36,432 nucleotides of DNA from Octopus bimaculoides (GCF_001194135.2 NC_068987.1:53966485-54002916); one strand, 5' to 3'; positions 10,940 to 22,853 are shown, numbered from the stretch's first letter. Made by a program: numbers and translations. Notes: generated from the sequence alone by a model not told the origin.

Positions 10940-13185
10940 GAATATGTAGAGAGCACAGTAGGAGAGGAGAATATAAATGCAGAAAGAAATAAGGATTAAG
11001 AGAAGGAAAACATATATAAGGGAGAGATAGAAATGAGGAATTGAAGCAAGGTCATTTGACCGGAAGTATTCAATAACACTGTTTAGGTCGAATCACAGAA
11101 ATGAGCAAGGGGTGTAGTATTTGAAAAACGATAATGTGGAGGGAAATATTTTTGATGAAGGAGGAGGAAAAAAGTGTGCATGAAGGAAGTAAGAGAGAAT
11201 GAGGAATTTAAGCACGATCATTTGACTGGTAGTATTCAATAGGGTTGTTTTTGCCGAATCACAGAAAATAACAACGTGAGTGGGAGTGGTATTAGAACAA
11301 AAATAATATGGAGAGAAGAGGGTTGGGGAAAGGTTTTTTTTAGTCAAGTGGGGAGAGAATATATACGCATGAAGAAAACAAGAAAAAATAAAGAAGAATC
11401 ATGGCGGCTACTACTGGTTTTCAATTCAGGAATGTATATTGTGTGCGGTGAGCGTGTATGTTGGCATATGTACCCGTCAGTTTACGAAGGGAGGAAGTAG
11501 GAGATGGGCAGGTAAAATGAGAAAAAAAAAATTTTATTAACTGGTAAGGAAAAATACAGAGAAAAGTATGTAAATGACAATATGGAATTAAAAGGATGAT
11601 ATATTGTTGATTTTATATATAGTTGTAACGAGGGTAAATAAGTGGGAAAATTTAGGACGATTGGGGGGAAAAGTGGGGTGGGGTTGTTGTTATTTGTATT
11701 TTGAGAATAGATTTAGTGGTCGATGTTTGCAGGTAAACATTATACTGCTGCGTTCATTATGACAATCCGTGGATTGCAAAATGACTAAGATCTGTTATGC
11801 AGAGATCACACTTGCTATTATAGCTTCTGTATGGCTTGGCGTGGACCACTTGAGAGTGTAAGGAGTTGAATCAATCTTTAGTTTGTTGATGAGCTGAGAT
11901 AGCGATGTACTGTTGAATTGTGTTTGTGACTTGAAATTGGATTAGTGGTTGCTCACTCTAGCATTGAAGGTGGTGGTGGTACATGAGCCGATATATATAT
12001 GTAGTTACAGTTAACAGTTGATACTGTACACTTATAAACGATGTTTTTTGTGAAACAGTGGTTATCTAAGGGACAGGCAGTCGGGCATATGAAGCTGCAT
12101 GGATTTGTAGGGAGTGTTCCGGATGAACTTGTGTGGAGATTGCTATTTATTGAGCAACCTGCGTTAGGTTCGTTATTATTGCTGGCGTTAAGATTAGTAT
12201 TTGTTAAGGAGTCGAGGCTGGTATTATGTGGTTGTATATTATGATAATTATTGTACTCAGTGGTGTCTTCTGTGTCATTCTCTATTTTTACAAGTGGTAT
12301 AGTTGGGCGTTGTGGTAAATTTAAGGATCAAATGTTAGTAATGGAATTATAGTCGGAGTTATGAGGGTTAGTGCTGTTAAGGGAGTCAATTGATGTTTTG
12401 AGTTTATATGTATGGAGCTAGGAGTGATGTTGATTTAATTTATTAGGGTGGAGTTTAGCAGGTTGGGGATTTCTGAATTTCTTGTTGTTAAGATGTCGAA
12501 TAACTTCAGCAATGGTGGTGGTGGTGGTGGTGGATGAGTAGGACAATTTTATAGATTGGGAGTTAAATATTTTTCTAAGGGGGCTAGATTTAGGGAAATG
12601 TTTTTCGAGTAGGGCGAAGAAGAGTTTAAGTACTCAAGGGCGAAGGGGTGGAACCAGAAAACGTCCCGGATTCTTGTTCGTTTATTCCAATTCGGAGTGT
12701 TGATTGGGTGGGGATAGGGTCTTGGGGGTGTAAACTGGTGTCTATTTCAGTGAGTTGTGATGTATATAGGATTTGGTGTCATTTGATAGAAGGGTTGTTT
12801 GTTTGGTCGTCTGTTACTCTGAAATTTGGACGGGTATTGGAGGGGTGGGATAGGGAAGATTTTACGTTTACTATATGGGGGTGCGGAACTGGTTTCAATT
12901 CTGGGTTTAGTGGAGGAAAGGAATATCCTGCCTGAGGATGTATTCGATTGAGTTTTTATATCCGGCAAGTTGTAGAGCACAATTGTAATATTCAGCACAT
13001 TGATCAAATAAATTATTTTCAGCAGATAGTGAGGAAATCCAGTAGGAAACGCTTTCACAATATATTTAGGACGCAGATGGGGTGGTTAGAGGTGAGGTTC
13101 ATGTCGTGGAGGTTTTACCCAAGTTTGTGGTATGGGTAGAAGGTTTGGTTTTTGCAAGTCCAAGAAACTAACAGTTTTAACCTTG
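10940..13185 (-). mobile_element. 5'-truncated Penelope-like element (RT C-terminus, GIY-YIG endonuclease, 3' region)
   Basis: Minus-strand translation gives VSFLD, TFYPYHK..NLTSNHP, SSLSAENNLFDQCAEYYNCALQLAGYK, FWFHP, LLEKHFPKSSPL..IFNSQSIKLSYSS, CPLDNHCFTKNIVYKCTV..YIG, STSLSQLINKLK..KCDLC, CKHR; many frameshifts; stop at 11690-11692. The 3' boundary (10940) is approximate. Confidence 0.9.
11032..11267 (-). repeat. Two 70-bp diverged direct repeats in the PLE 3' region
   Basis: 11032-11101 and 11198-11267 share AATGAGGAATT.AAGCA.G.TCATTTGAC.GG.AGTATTCAATA...CGAATCACAGAAA. Confidence 0.85.
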
Positions 13186-13408
13186 TAACAGAAAGAGATG
13201 CTAAGGCCGACATTTATAAAAAAAAACTTCGTAATCTTTATCTAATCTGTTCGATTTTCCGGTTGCTAGAATTTTGGATTGCGAACAGAGCCTCGTCTCT
13301 GTATAGACCACTGGAGATGTACTACCTTGACAAAAGAACCTTGTTACTTGGTTGTTGACCATTTTGAATTCTACGAACGAAAACTTAGATATCTAGGAAA
13401 AATATACA

Positions 13409-13820
13409 GGCGCAGGAGTGGCTGTGTGGTAAGTAGCTTGCTTACCAACCACATGGTTCCAGGTTCAGTCCCACTGCCTGGCACCTTGGGCAAGTGTCTC
13501 CTGCTATAGGATCAGGCCGACCAAAGCCTTGTGAGTGGAGTTGGTAGACGGAAACTGAAAGAAGCCTGTCGTATATATGCATATATCTATATATATATAT
13601 ATGTGTGTGTGTTTGTGTGTCTGTGTTTGTCCGCCCCCAACATCGCTTGACAATCGATGGTGATGTGTTTACGTCCCCGTAACTTAGCGGTTTCGCAAAA
13701 GAGCCCGATAGAATACGTAATAGACTTACAAAGAATAAGTCCTGAGGTCGATTTGCTCGACTAAAGGCGGTGCCCCAGCATGGCCGCAGTCAAATGACTG
13801 AAACATGTAAAAGCGTAAAA
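13409..13820 (+). mobile_element. Near full-length tRNA-derived CORE-type SINE with internal (TA)/(TG) tract
   Basis: Head GGCGCAGGAGTGGCTGTGTGGT (A box-like), GGTTCAGTCCC (B box-like), CORE-like ACCTTGGGCAAGTGTCT, tail shared with 3013 and 36185 copies. Confidence 0.9.
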
Positions 13821-14289
13821 GCATACATACATACATATATACATACATACATATATACATACATACATACATACGAAGACTACAAATCCAAGCCATCACT
13901 GGAACTGCAAATATCTGTAGAACTTTCCAGAAGTTTATCCGCATGTCTAGACAAGCAATTATATGCATGAGAATACATACATCAAACAAAACTTACAAAT
14001 CTAATTATGCACTGACTCCAGATATTGCACATATGCATACATACAAAAATACCCTGTTGATGTTGTTGAAATTCTAATGAAGGAATCTTGGATCTAAGTT
14101 GGAATCCAACTCTTTCTCTATTGACACAAAATCTTGAAATAAAACTGGACAATGACATACACAAAAACTCCCACCTGTTACCAAACAAAGTAACATTTCC
14201 CCATGACTAGACTTGTTTTCACACAAGATTGAACACAAAGGAGATTGACTGTATGATGATATCACTCGCTTACAACTAACACGTGATGC

Positions 14290-14480
14290 CTAGGCAATAA
14301 GTCATTAACACACACACACATACATATATGTATATATATTTATATATATATATATACACACACCTGATGGGCTTCTTCCATACACACATGCATATATTGA
14401 CACATGCACACATGCTTACATGCATACATACATATATACATACATACATACATACATACATACACCCGCATACACACACG
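14290..14480. repeat. (CA)/(TA)/(TACA)n microsatellites
   Basis: Visible. Confidence 0.9.
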
Positions 14481-14944
14481 GGTACATAGAAGCGTAAACA
14501 AAATTATCAAAATAAAGGATTTTCAATTCATTCCTTCACTTTCTAAGTTCTTTTTTTTTTTTTCATCAATACTTTTAAATGCATTTACACAATAAAACAA
14601 CCATTATTTCGAAAAGTCCCCTCAGCCTATTTTGATTTTGTCCTTATTGTAAGCATATATCTTTTCTTCCTTGCGCTTCTGTTCTGCCATTAAATTACAA
14701 AGAATAGTTTCTTGCGAAAACTACGCAAAAGATTATAGGTCTCTAATTAATTCCGCTAATTCAAAGCTTTGCCAATCAAACGCCTACCTATTTTTGTTGC
14801 TAAGCAACACTGCGTTAACTTGTCATTCACAGCTAATGAAAGACGTAAATTAAATGGCAACACCTTTTTAGTTTGTTCTCACTATTGGCATACTTGAATC
14901 GTTCTATCTAGTTATACAGATATAAAAGTGATTATATAATAATA

Positions 14945-15476
14945 CAGGGTATCTCAGAATTAACTAGCTATTTCAGTGAAATCGGAGAGTTTTCATTTAT
15001 GTCTATCATGTTTAATATGTGTTAAAAGTGTATAAAATTTTTTATTTCGTTTGTAATTTGATAGTTATTACAATTTTTTATATAAGTTTATAATTTTATT
15101 TTCATTCCTGTTATCTGTCTACGCTTTATGTCCACAAGAGCTTTTTTTTCTTTCTTCAATTTGTCTGCAATCATTTTCTCTAGCGACATCCTCAGGATGG
15201 AGTAATAGTTTAGCTGAACTGAAAGAATGCATTCAGTTAACCATGCAGGAGATAACTCTTGAATTACTTCAAAATGTATTTGACAACGCTAAGAAATTTG
15301 CAGGGATACTAACGGAGCACTTGTTGAAAATTTTCAGTATAAAATTTTGACGTAAGATTTATAACTTTATTTATTTTCGCATAATAATTAAGTAATAAAC
15401 ATAAAATTCTGTTGTTATTTTTCTTATAAATTTGCCTTATTTCATTGAAATAGAGTGTAAATTCTGAGACACCCTG
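14945..15476 (+). mobile_element. Tc1/mariner-family non-autonomous element (532 bp)
   Basis: TA|CAGGGTATCTCAGAATT left; right end reverse complement TA|CAGGGTGTCTCAGAATT; internal AELKECIQLTMQEITLELLQNVFDN resembles a transposase C-terminus. Confidence 0.85.
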
Positions 15477-15599
15477 TACCATGGTGAGGAAAGTGTAGGA
15501 GAATAAGAAGAGTAGCGGGGGAAATATAGCTTGCGGTATTAAGGTTTACCCTTTCGAATCATACCGAGTTTCCTGGGACGACACACCAGTCTGTCGTAG

Positions 15600-15750
15600 G
15601 ATTACTCATTTTTGTAAGCTGAGTGGACTGGAGCAATGTGAAATGAAGTGTTTTGCTCAAGAACACATCGCGTCTCCCGGTCCAGGAATCGAAACCACAA
15701 TCTTAGGATCATGAGTTCAACACCCTAACCACTAAACCACGCGCCTCCAC
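15600..15750 (-). mobile_element. tRNA-derived SINE head
   Basis: Reverse complement GTGGAGGCGCGTGGTTTAGTGGTTAGGGTG...GGTTTCGATTCC has A and B boxes; similar to 16805 and 18030 heads. Confidence 0.85.
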
Positions 15751-16000
15751 ATTGTGATATTTACAAATGTCATTTTTTTTTCTTCTCTTCTTCTTTTTTT
15801 CTTTTTGTCTATGTTCAAATCATAGACCTTTTATATATTTTACCATTTATCGTTTACTTGTTTTCATCATTGGATTGTGACCACATGACAATTCTCTTTA
15901 CCAGACTTCTTGTCGAAAATGCAAATGCCAGTAATTAATAAGTTGAGGAACGTTGCGATAACAATGAGACTTCCTCATATGAAGAAAGAACAGAAAACAT

Positions 16001-16195
16001 ATAGGCGCAAGCGTGATTTCGTGGTTAGGCATATCGTTTTGCAACCACCTGGCTTCGGATTCAGTCCCAGTACGAGTCACCTAGGGCAAATATCTTCAAC
16101 TACAGCTATGGGCCGTCCTATCAATGCCTTGTGAATCAATCAGGCAGGTGGAAACTGCGTGGAATCCAGAGACGTAAACACACCAGCACGGGTTA
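16001..16195 (+). mobile_element. Degenerate CORE-type SINE
   Basis: AGGCGCAAG...CACCTAGGGCAAATATCTTC...GCCTTGTGA...GGAAACTG aligns loosely with 13409 copy. Confidence 0.65.
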
Positions 16196-16305
16196 TAAAA
16201 TCTTCTTATCACACAGCCACGCCTGCACCTATTTTTTTTTTTTTTCTGAGCAGAGAGTAGTTTATGTATAATTTTAGTTCATTATCGCTCCATAGGCACA
16301 AAGAT

Positions 16306-16327
16306 AGACCGATCGATCGATCGATCG

Positions 16328-16397
<70 letters not shown>
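16306..16397. repeat. (GATC)n grading into (GATA)n
   Basis: Visible. Confidence 0.95.
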
Positions 16398-16417
<20 letters not shown>

Positions 16418-16804
16418 GCGTGTGTTTCTGTGTTAGTGTTTGTCATCTCACCACCGCTTCACAACCGGTTTTGGATTGTTTAGGCTCCAGTAACTTAACG
16501 TCTTTCGTGCCCTAGTTTTATATAAAAGGTGTTCTAGCACGAAAGACACAGCCTTCGTATTTCCTGACGAAGGAGGAATCATTGGCCATGCTTGCCGCTA
16601 GCATAACGTAAGTAATATCTGTTCTGTGTGGCTCAGCTAATTATTTGACACGCTCCTTTGCTAATTAGCTCTTCTCCATTACTACATTTTTGCTAAAAGC
16701 TGACAGTTTCTGCTTTAATTTCCTGTTCTTTTTTCCCTTTTTCCTTTTTTTTTTGTGTGTGTGTGTGTGTGTGCGTGTTTTAATAGCACCAATCCAAAGA
16801 TTAG

Positions 16805-17194
16805 GTAGAGGCGCAATGGCCCAGTGGTTAGGGCAGCGGACTCGCGATCATAAGATCGCGGTTTCGATTCCCAGACCGGGCGTTGTGAGTGTTTATTGAG
16901 CGAAAACACCTAAAGCTCCACGAGGCTCCGGCAGGAGATGGTGGCGAACCCTGCTGTACTCTTCCACCACAACTTTCTCTCACTCTTACTTCCTGTTTCT
17001 GTTGTGCCTGTAATTCAAAGGGTTAGCCTTGTCACACTGTGTCACGCTGAATATCCCCGAGAACTACGCTAAGGGTACACGTGTCTGTGGAGTGCTCAGC
17101 CACTTGCACGTTAATTTCACGAGCAGGCTGTTCCGTTGATCGGATCAACTGGAACCCTCGACGTCGTAAACGACGGAGTGCCAACAACAACAAT
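16805..17194 (+). mobile_element. Full-length tRNA-derived SINE with (CAA)n tail
   Basis: A box TGGCCCAGTGG, B box GGTTTCGATTCC; 3' half GTTAATTTCACGAGCAGGCTGTTCC..ATCGGATCAACTG shared with 18030 copy; ends CAACAACAAC. Confidence 0.9.
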
Positions 17195-17735
17195 AAATCC
17201 AAAGACTTACTTAACAGTATTGCTCCCACCCCACCCCCTATTTTAGAGAGCCGGAAATCACAAAACTAAAGCAGCAGCGAAAAGTTCAATTATTCATATA
17301 TTAGAACTTAACGTTCTTCTGAGTTGAGCTTTGTCACCATATATAAAAATAGTTTTACGCGAGTAAATATACACTGGTAGGATGAACTTAAATATAAACA
17401 TCTCTAAAATGAAATTAAAGGATGATAACGTGTTAGCTATAGCTTTAAGGCTTTATTACCAGTTAGATTAACTATAAGTGCAGATAACAGGAATATGAGG
17501 CTTTGCTGATAGTTTGTATCATATATCGTAAAGTACTTGATGGTGTCCTACATTTACAGACACTAGAAATGCAAATTCTGTGTTCAACAACATGAAAGAT
17601 AACTAGACAATTATGATATACTGGTTAACAAAAAATTATACATTTAAAAAAGAAGCGATTACAACGATATAATTACTTTCACAGGATTGTGGGAAAATAA
17701 CTCAAAATATTTCCATTAATATAATCTCTGCCTCG

Positions 17736-17900
17736 GGCGACGAGCTGGCAGAATCTTAAGTACATCGGACAAAACGCTAAGCGGTATTCTTTAGGGCTCT
17801 TTTCATTCAAATCTTGCAGAGGTCACCTTTTCCTTTCATTCTTTCAAGGTCGATTCAATAAATTACCCGTCAAATACTGAAGTCGATGCAATCGATTAAT
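17736..17900 (+). mobile_element. Degenerate tRNA-derived SINE (GAGCTGGCAGAA family)
   Basis: GGCGACGAGCTGGCAGAAT...TTCAAATC...CCTTTCATTCTTTCAAGGTCGAT. Confidence 0.8.
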
Positions 17901-18029
17901 CCCCTCTCCAAAAAAATCGTTGGTCTTATGCCAAAATTTGAATCAACATATACATATATTCTCTGTCTCTCGTACGCACACACAATTTTTCCTCTGTTTT
18001 TTACACCATTTCTCCCTCACTTTTTCCAT

Positions 18030-18350
18030 GTGAAGGTGCGTGGATTAGTAGTTAGTGTATTCGGCTAACAACTGTAAAGTCGGGAGTTGGATTCCAGATG
18101 GTGCGTCGTGTCTTTGAGCAAGATACTTTATTTCATGTTATCCTAGTTTACTCAACTGACAAAAAGGAGTTGTACTTGTAATTCAAAGGACCACGTTTGT
18201 CACATTGTATACCACACTGAATCTCCCTGAAAACTACGTTAAGGTTAATTGTGTCTATAGAGTGTTCAGCCACTTATACGTTAATTTCACGAGCAGGCTG
18301 TTCCTTTAATCGGATCAACTGAAACCCACGTCGTTATAAACAACGGATCG
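18030..18350 (+). mobile_element. Degenerate tRNA-derived SINE, tail shared with 16805 copy
   Basis: GTGAAGGTGCGTGGATTAGTAGTTAG head; GTTAATTTCACGAGCAGGCTGTTCC tail. Confidence 0.8.
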
Positions 18351-19213
18351 TTAGTTTTCTCTCTCCTTCACCTTGCTTCTCTTGAGAGTGGCCACACGAC
18401 TAGTAACTTATGTAATTAACGTAACTAGTTGCAACTGCTATCACAAGGCCCTTAACTACATTTTCTACATGTTTAATTTATTTTGCAATGGTAACGAAAT
18501 AGTCTATTTCTGAGAAACAGAGAAACAAGGTTTTAACAGAGGTATTTGTATAAAAGTGGGAGTAAAAAAACTCCACAGATGATCTTCAAGAGCAGAAAAC
18601 ATTTAGCAACATATTCTACGTTTGATAAAGACATATATATACTTGTTTAAACGGTGCATTTGCCACTCACTCGGATTTGAGATATACAAGCATATACAGA
18701 CACATGTATATATACAACCAAATATGGCTTTAAAATTTACCCACGCACACACCCCTTACACCGACCACAACCCCACACAACAAGCAAAAATATTGTATAC
18801 TGGGTTGAACATTTATGGTACGCATTCCAAGGGACATAACTCCGTTGACTTAAATATATTCCTTGGATTTAGTTTTAATGTTACCATGAATTTCGTTCAG
18901 ATTTTATACAGCAACGATAAGACCCAAAAACTGGGTATTTCACTTTTTGCACACACNNNNNNNNNNNNNNNNNNNNNNNNNNNNNNNNNNNNNNNNNNNN
19001 NNNNNNNNNNNNNNNNNNNNNNNNNNNNNNNNNNNNNNNNNNNNNNNNNNNNNNNNNNNNNNNNNNNNNNNNNNNNNNCACACACACACACATACACTGA
19101 CAATGAGCGCACACCATATTTTGTCTTTCTTACATTTCTAATGATTGCCAAATTTATATCTCCATCCCTCCCAGAAAACTGTTTCCTAATATGACTATCG
19201 TACTATTACGCTA

Positions 19214-19340
19214 TCTGCCGTGATCGACTTTGTCTTTCATCCTTTCGGGGTCGATAAAATAGACATCAATTGAGCACAGGGGTCGATGTAATTGACTATC
19301 CCCTGCTCCCAGAAATTCAGGCTTTGTGGAAAAATTTCAT
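19214..19340 (+). mobile_element. SINE 3' fragment (GAGCTGGCAGAA family)
   Basis: CGACTTTGTCTTTCATCCTTTCGGGGTCGATAAAAT. Confidence 0.8.
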
Positions 19341-20150
19341 ATTATTATTATTATTATTATTGTTGTTGTTGTTGTTGTTGTTATTTTTTCGCTTTATCAG
19401 GTTTTGTTGGAGCTCCTGAAGTCCTGCATGCACATCAGGTTTGCTACCTGCAGCGTACGGTATCAATACTCTTCAGCTATCTAATATTTTCCTGATTATT
19501 CTGGCAGTGCCAAGGAGGCAAACCTTTTGTAAGAGTTCTACTGGGCACTCTATTTCAATTTCTTTTATATTCCCCTTGGTGCCCTCTGAGACTGTTTCTA
19601 ATTGCTCAACAATAATTGGCACTATCTTCACCTTCTTCATTTTCCATAGCCGGACTATTTCGTACTTAAGAAGGTTGTATTTATCTATCTTTTCGCATTC
19701 CTCCTTGGCTATCCGTGGATAAAAAGGGGATGCAACATCAACTATAAAGTATATGTAGTGCAGCTTGTCTCTCACTGGGAGACAGATGAGCGTCAGTTGG
19801 TTCCGTATCTTCATCCAAATATTACTCCGGAATTAAGTCTCGATTCACGGTTCTTTCGCCTTCATTCCACGTATAGAGCCGTTGGACACTGACAAGTTGT
19901 CATCACTGTGACTGAGGATCTTTATCTACCCCAGTTTTAAATCGGAGTGTTTTTTCTCCTAGCCAGACTGCCAACCGAGTTCTGTCTACCCGTTTTCGGA
20001 ATGGCCATTGACTTTTCTTAGTTCCTCTGCCCCCTTTGCGAGGTTTTGCTTTTAATTCCGCAGGTTGTCCAAAATCCACCCTCCTCCTCACCAAACAAGT
20101 TTAGTGGAGTTGAGGGTTTAGTCGCTGATGACTCGGCGGTTTCACAAAGC
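19340..20150 (-). mobile_element. R4/Dong-like LINE 3' end (RLE C-terminus, (CAA)(TAA) tail) joined to a non-coding, UTR-like upstream segment
   Basis: Minus ORF IVDVASPFYPRIAKEECEKIDKYNLLKYEIVRLWKMKKVKIVPII...LQKVCLLGTARIIRKIL; tail at about 19340-19385; 19750-20150 shows no RT similarity I can recognise. Confidence 0.75.
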
Positions 20151-20471
20151 CACTTTTTAATCATTCTGGGTTATTTATTATTTAGTTGTAATTCCACTAT
20201 TACTACTATAATTCCTACCTTATTATTTACTTTTTCACTACTATAGTTTCACTATTATTACGATACTTATATTATTACTATAAGGCATAATATTGTCTGT
20301 CCTGATTTCTTTAGGCACAAAATGATGGCAGATTTACTATTGTTGGTTTAACTACTGATGTTACTGAGGCGCGAAATAGAAGAGCGAGCTTGTATCTACT
20401 AATACAGGTTGTTTGATTGGACTGATAGTTGACAGGCCTGGTGGTGGATTAGGAGCGGATGAGAGGATGTT

Positions 20472-21243
20472 TTTGAGAGGAGCGTCGATAAGTTGGACAT
20501 AGCATAGTTAAGACATAGAAACAACTTCTCAAAGTTTTAACAAAGCTATAGTAATATATCTATAAAACAATAGATCGTATTTACGATAAAGGAATGTATC
20601 TATGGAACATCACATCGTAGTTAAGATATAAAAATCTATAAACATCTCAAAGTATTAGCAAACATATAGACAATTCTCTAAAAACATCTCAAATCTTTGA
20701 ATCACACAGTTATATTTCATTGTTTGGAGTAATAGAAAAGGCTTACACATTTGGAGGTGGGGCTTAAATAGCCATCCTCTTGTTGTGACTGTTTACAGCA
20801 GCCCGAAGACCGACTGGGAGAGGAGGTGGAGAGAGAGGGGTATGTGAAGAGGAAGCATCTTTGAGAGGAGCGTCGACAAGTTGGACATAGCATATCTAAG
20901 ACATAGAAATCTATGAACAACATCTCAAAGTTTTAACAAAACTCTAGTAATCTTTCTAGATAACATCTAATCCTATTCACGATAAAGGAATCTATCAATG
21001 GAACATTACGTCGTAGTTAAGATATAAAAATCTATAACCATCTCAAAGTTTTTGTAAACATATAGACAATTCTCTCAAGACATCTCAAATCTTTGAATCA
21101 CATGCAATGATATTCCATAGCTTAAAGTAATAGAAAAGGCTTACACATTTTTGGGGAGCCGTTAAATAGCCATCCTATCGTCGTGACCGCCAACAACAAC
21201 ACTGAAGACCGAGTAGGAGAGGAGGGGGGAGAGAGGGGCGGGC
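20472..21243. repeat. Two-copy 388-bp diverged tandem repeat
   Basis: TTTGAGAGGAGCGTCGA.AAGTTGGACATAGCATA starts at 20472 and 20860; collinear similarity along the unit (e.g. GTAATAGAAAAGGCTTACACATTT in both). Confidence 0.9.
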
Positions 21244-21257
21244 ACGATTATTATCAC

Positions 21258-21290
<33 letters not shown>

Positions 21291-21462
21291 GTTTGTTTTT
21301 CTTCTTTCTTCAAATTTTCTTCCATTTCTTGCCGAGTGTTTTCCGTACACCTAGGGCAGAGAAACTCATTGTATACATTCCCAGTTTACACACGCAAATT
21401 CACAGGTAAAATATGCATTTAAAAAATAAATAAATAAATAAATTCATGAATGGATGTTGTTT

Positions 21463-21601
21463 TCACAGCGATAATGCTCTTCTCAGTACATGAGACGTTC
21501 CAGTTAACACGATGATTTGCACTAGTACATTAGTCGTTCCAGTTAACACGATTTTTTGCACTAGTACATGAGTCGTTCCATTTAACACGATTTTTTGCAC
21601 T
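21463..21601 (-). mobile_element. R4/Dong-like LINE extreme 3' end with a 39-bp in-frame triplication
   Basis: Units 21485-21523, 21524-21562, 21563-21601 translate VQKIVLNGTTHVL / VQKIVLTGTTNVL / VQIIVLTGTSHVL-RRALSL, cf. IQKIALLGTAHILRKTLS at 25667. Confidence 0.8.
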
Positions 21602-21899
21602 TTATTATTATTATTATTATTATTATTATCATTATTAATAATAATAATAATAATAATAATAGTAAAATTCGAGCGAAAGTGGGCGTAAAATTGTCTAGGA
21701 ACGAAAAATAAAAGATACAGAATTCTAGAATGCAAGCGTATACAGATAGCAGGACCAAACTACCAACTAAGAATATGTTAGTAAGTATTACTAAAGTAAC
21801 CATACTAGATGTAATTAATGTAAATTATAAAATTTTAATGTGATAAATTATAAAATAAATTAAATATGAAATAAGAAAACTAAAGATATAAAGAAAATT

Positions 21900-22520
21900 T
21901 GAAATATCTCACCAAGAAGCAGACATTGAAGGTTTCATCTTAAAAAATAAAGATAGAAACATAAGTACAAAACAATTAATATTACATTATAAGAAAGAAA
22001 GGCGTGCCATCTTTTCAGAAAGTTGTTTGCCGTAATAAGAATAAGAGAAAAAAAGAGAGATGTAGGAAAATAAGAATGTGCACTGATTGTATTTATCAGA
22101 TGATGCAGAAGAGGAATTCTATAATTTGAAGTTTATTTAAGTTAGTTACTGTAAATTTCCATAAATATATATCAGAAAATAACTACTAAATTATATAAAT
22201 AGTTAAGAAAGACAAAAAACTTTAGCATTTATTATCTATTTTCAAGAAGACTAACAATGATAACGAAAGACGTTGGAGTAGTCGATAAAAAACAAGCGAA
22301 TCCTTACAAAACAAAAGCGTAAGTTTTAAAGACCCACTTGAAAATGTTATGATAAACAGAAATGACGGAAAAATTACTTCACTTTGTCAATAATAGATGA
22401 GAGCTGAGAGAATTAGCATAGAACAACCGTCACACCATTGGCTCACAGAAAACTCCTAATTAAAAGCAGACACCGAAAGCTTCTTGATGGCGGCGCAAGA
22501 TTAGTGTTTACCTACGGAAG
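21900..22520 (+). mobile_element. Highly decayed R4/Dong-like fragments
   Basis: ADIEGFIL..KD and HWL..KADTESFLMAAQD resemble LKAETEGFILAAQD seen at about 26770. Confidence 0.55.
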
Positions 22521-22853
22521 AATTGCATGAAAAATAACGAAAAAATATATCTCGGTGACTTTAAACTATGAGCGAGTCATAACGAAAGCATAGGAAATGA
22601 AGACACTGGATGTAAATTCTTCGTATTGTCTAAGTGCACTCACGATTCATTTATGTGGACGCTAGAAATAACAGCCAAATCTTCTTCATGCCGCAGTTAT
22701 TCTCACTTGTTTTGACTTCATGACATACAGAGATTAAATATAAAATTGCTGGCACAATTCACACAGAATTGATTTCTTTTAATATCTAGTTACTTATCTA
22801 TTTATCTATTAATTTCAGAAGAGCCGAAATAAATTTAAATATTACAAAGCATC

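Noticed and set aside
10885-10940. Hammerhead in the PLE 3' region (minus CTGATTGA...GACAA)
   Set aside because: Core has an extra base, no GAAA, and no convincing stem II
13409-13480. tRNA genes at SINE heads (also 16805, 18030, 34389)
   Set aside because: No complete cloverleaf, and each runs into a SINE body
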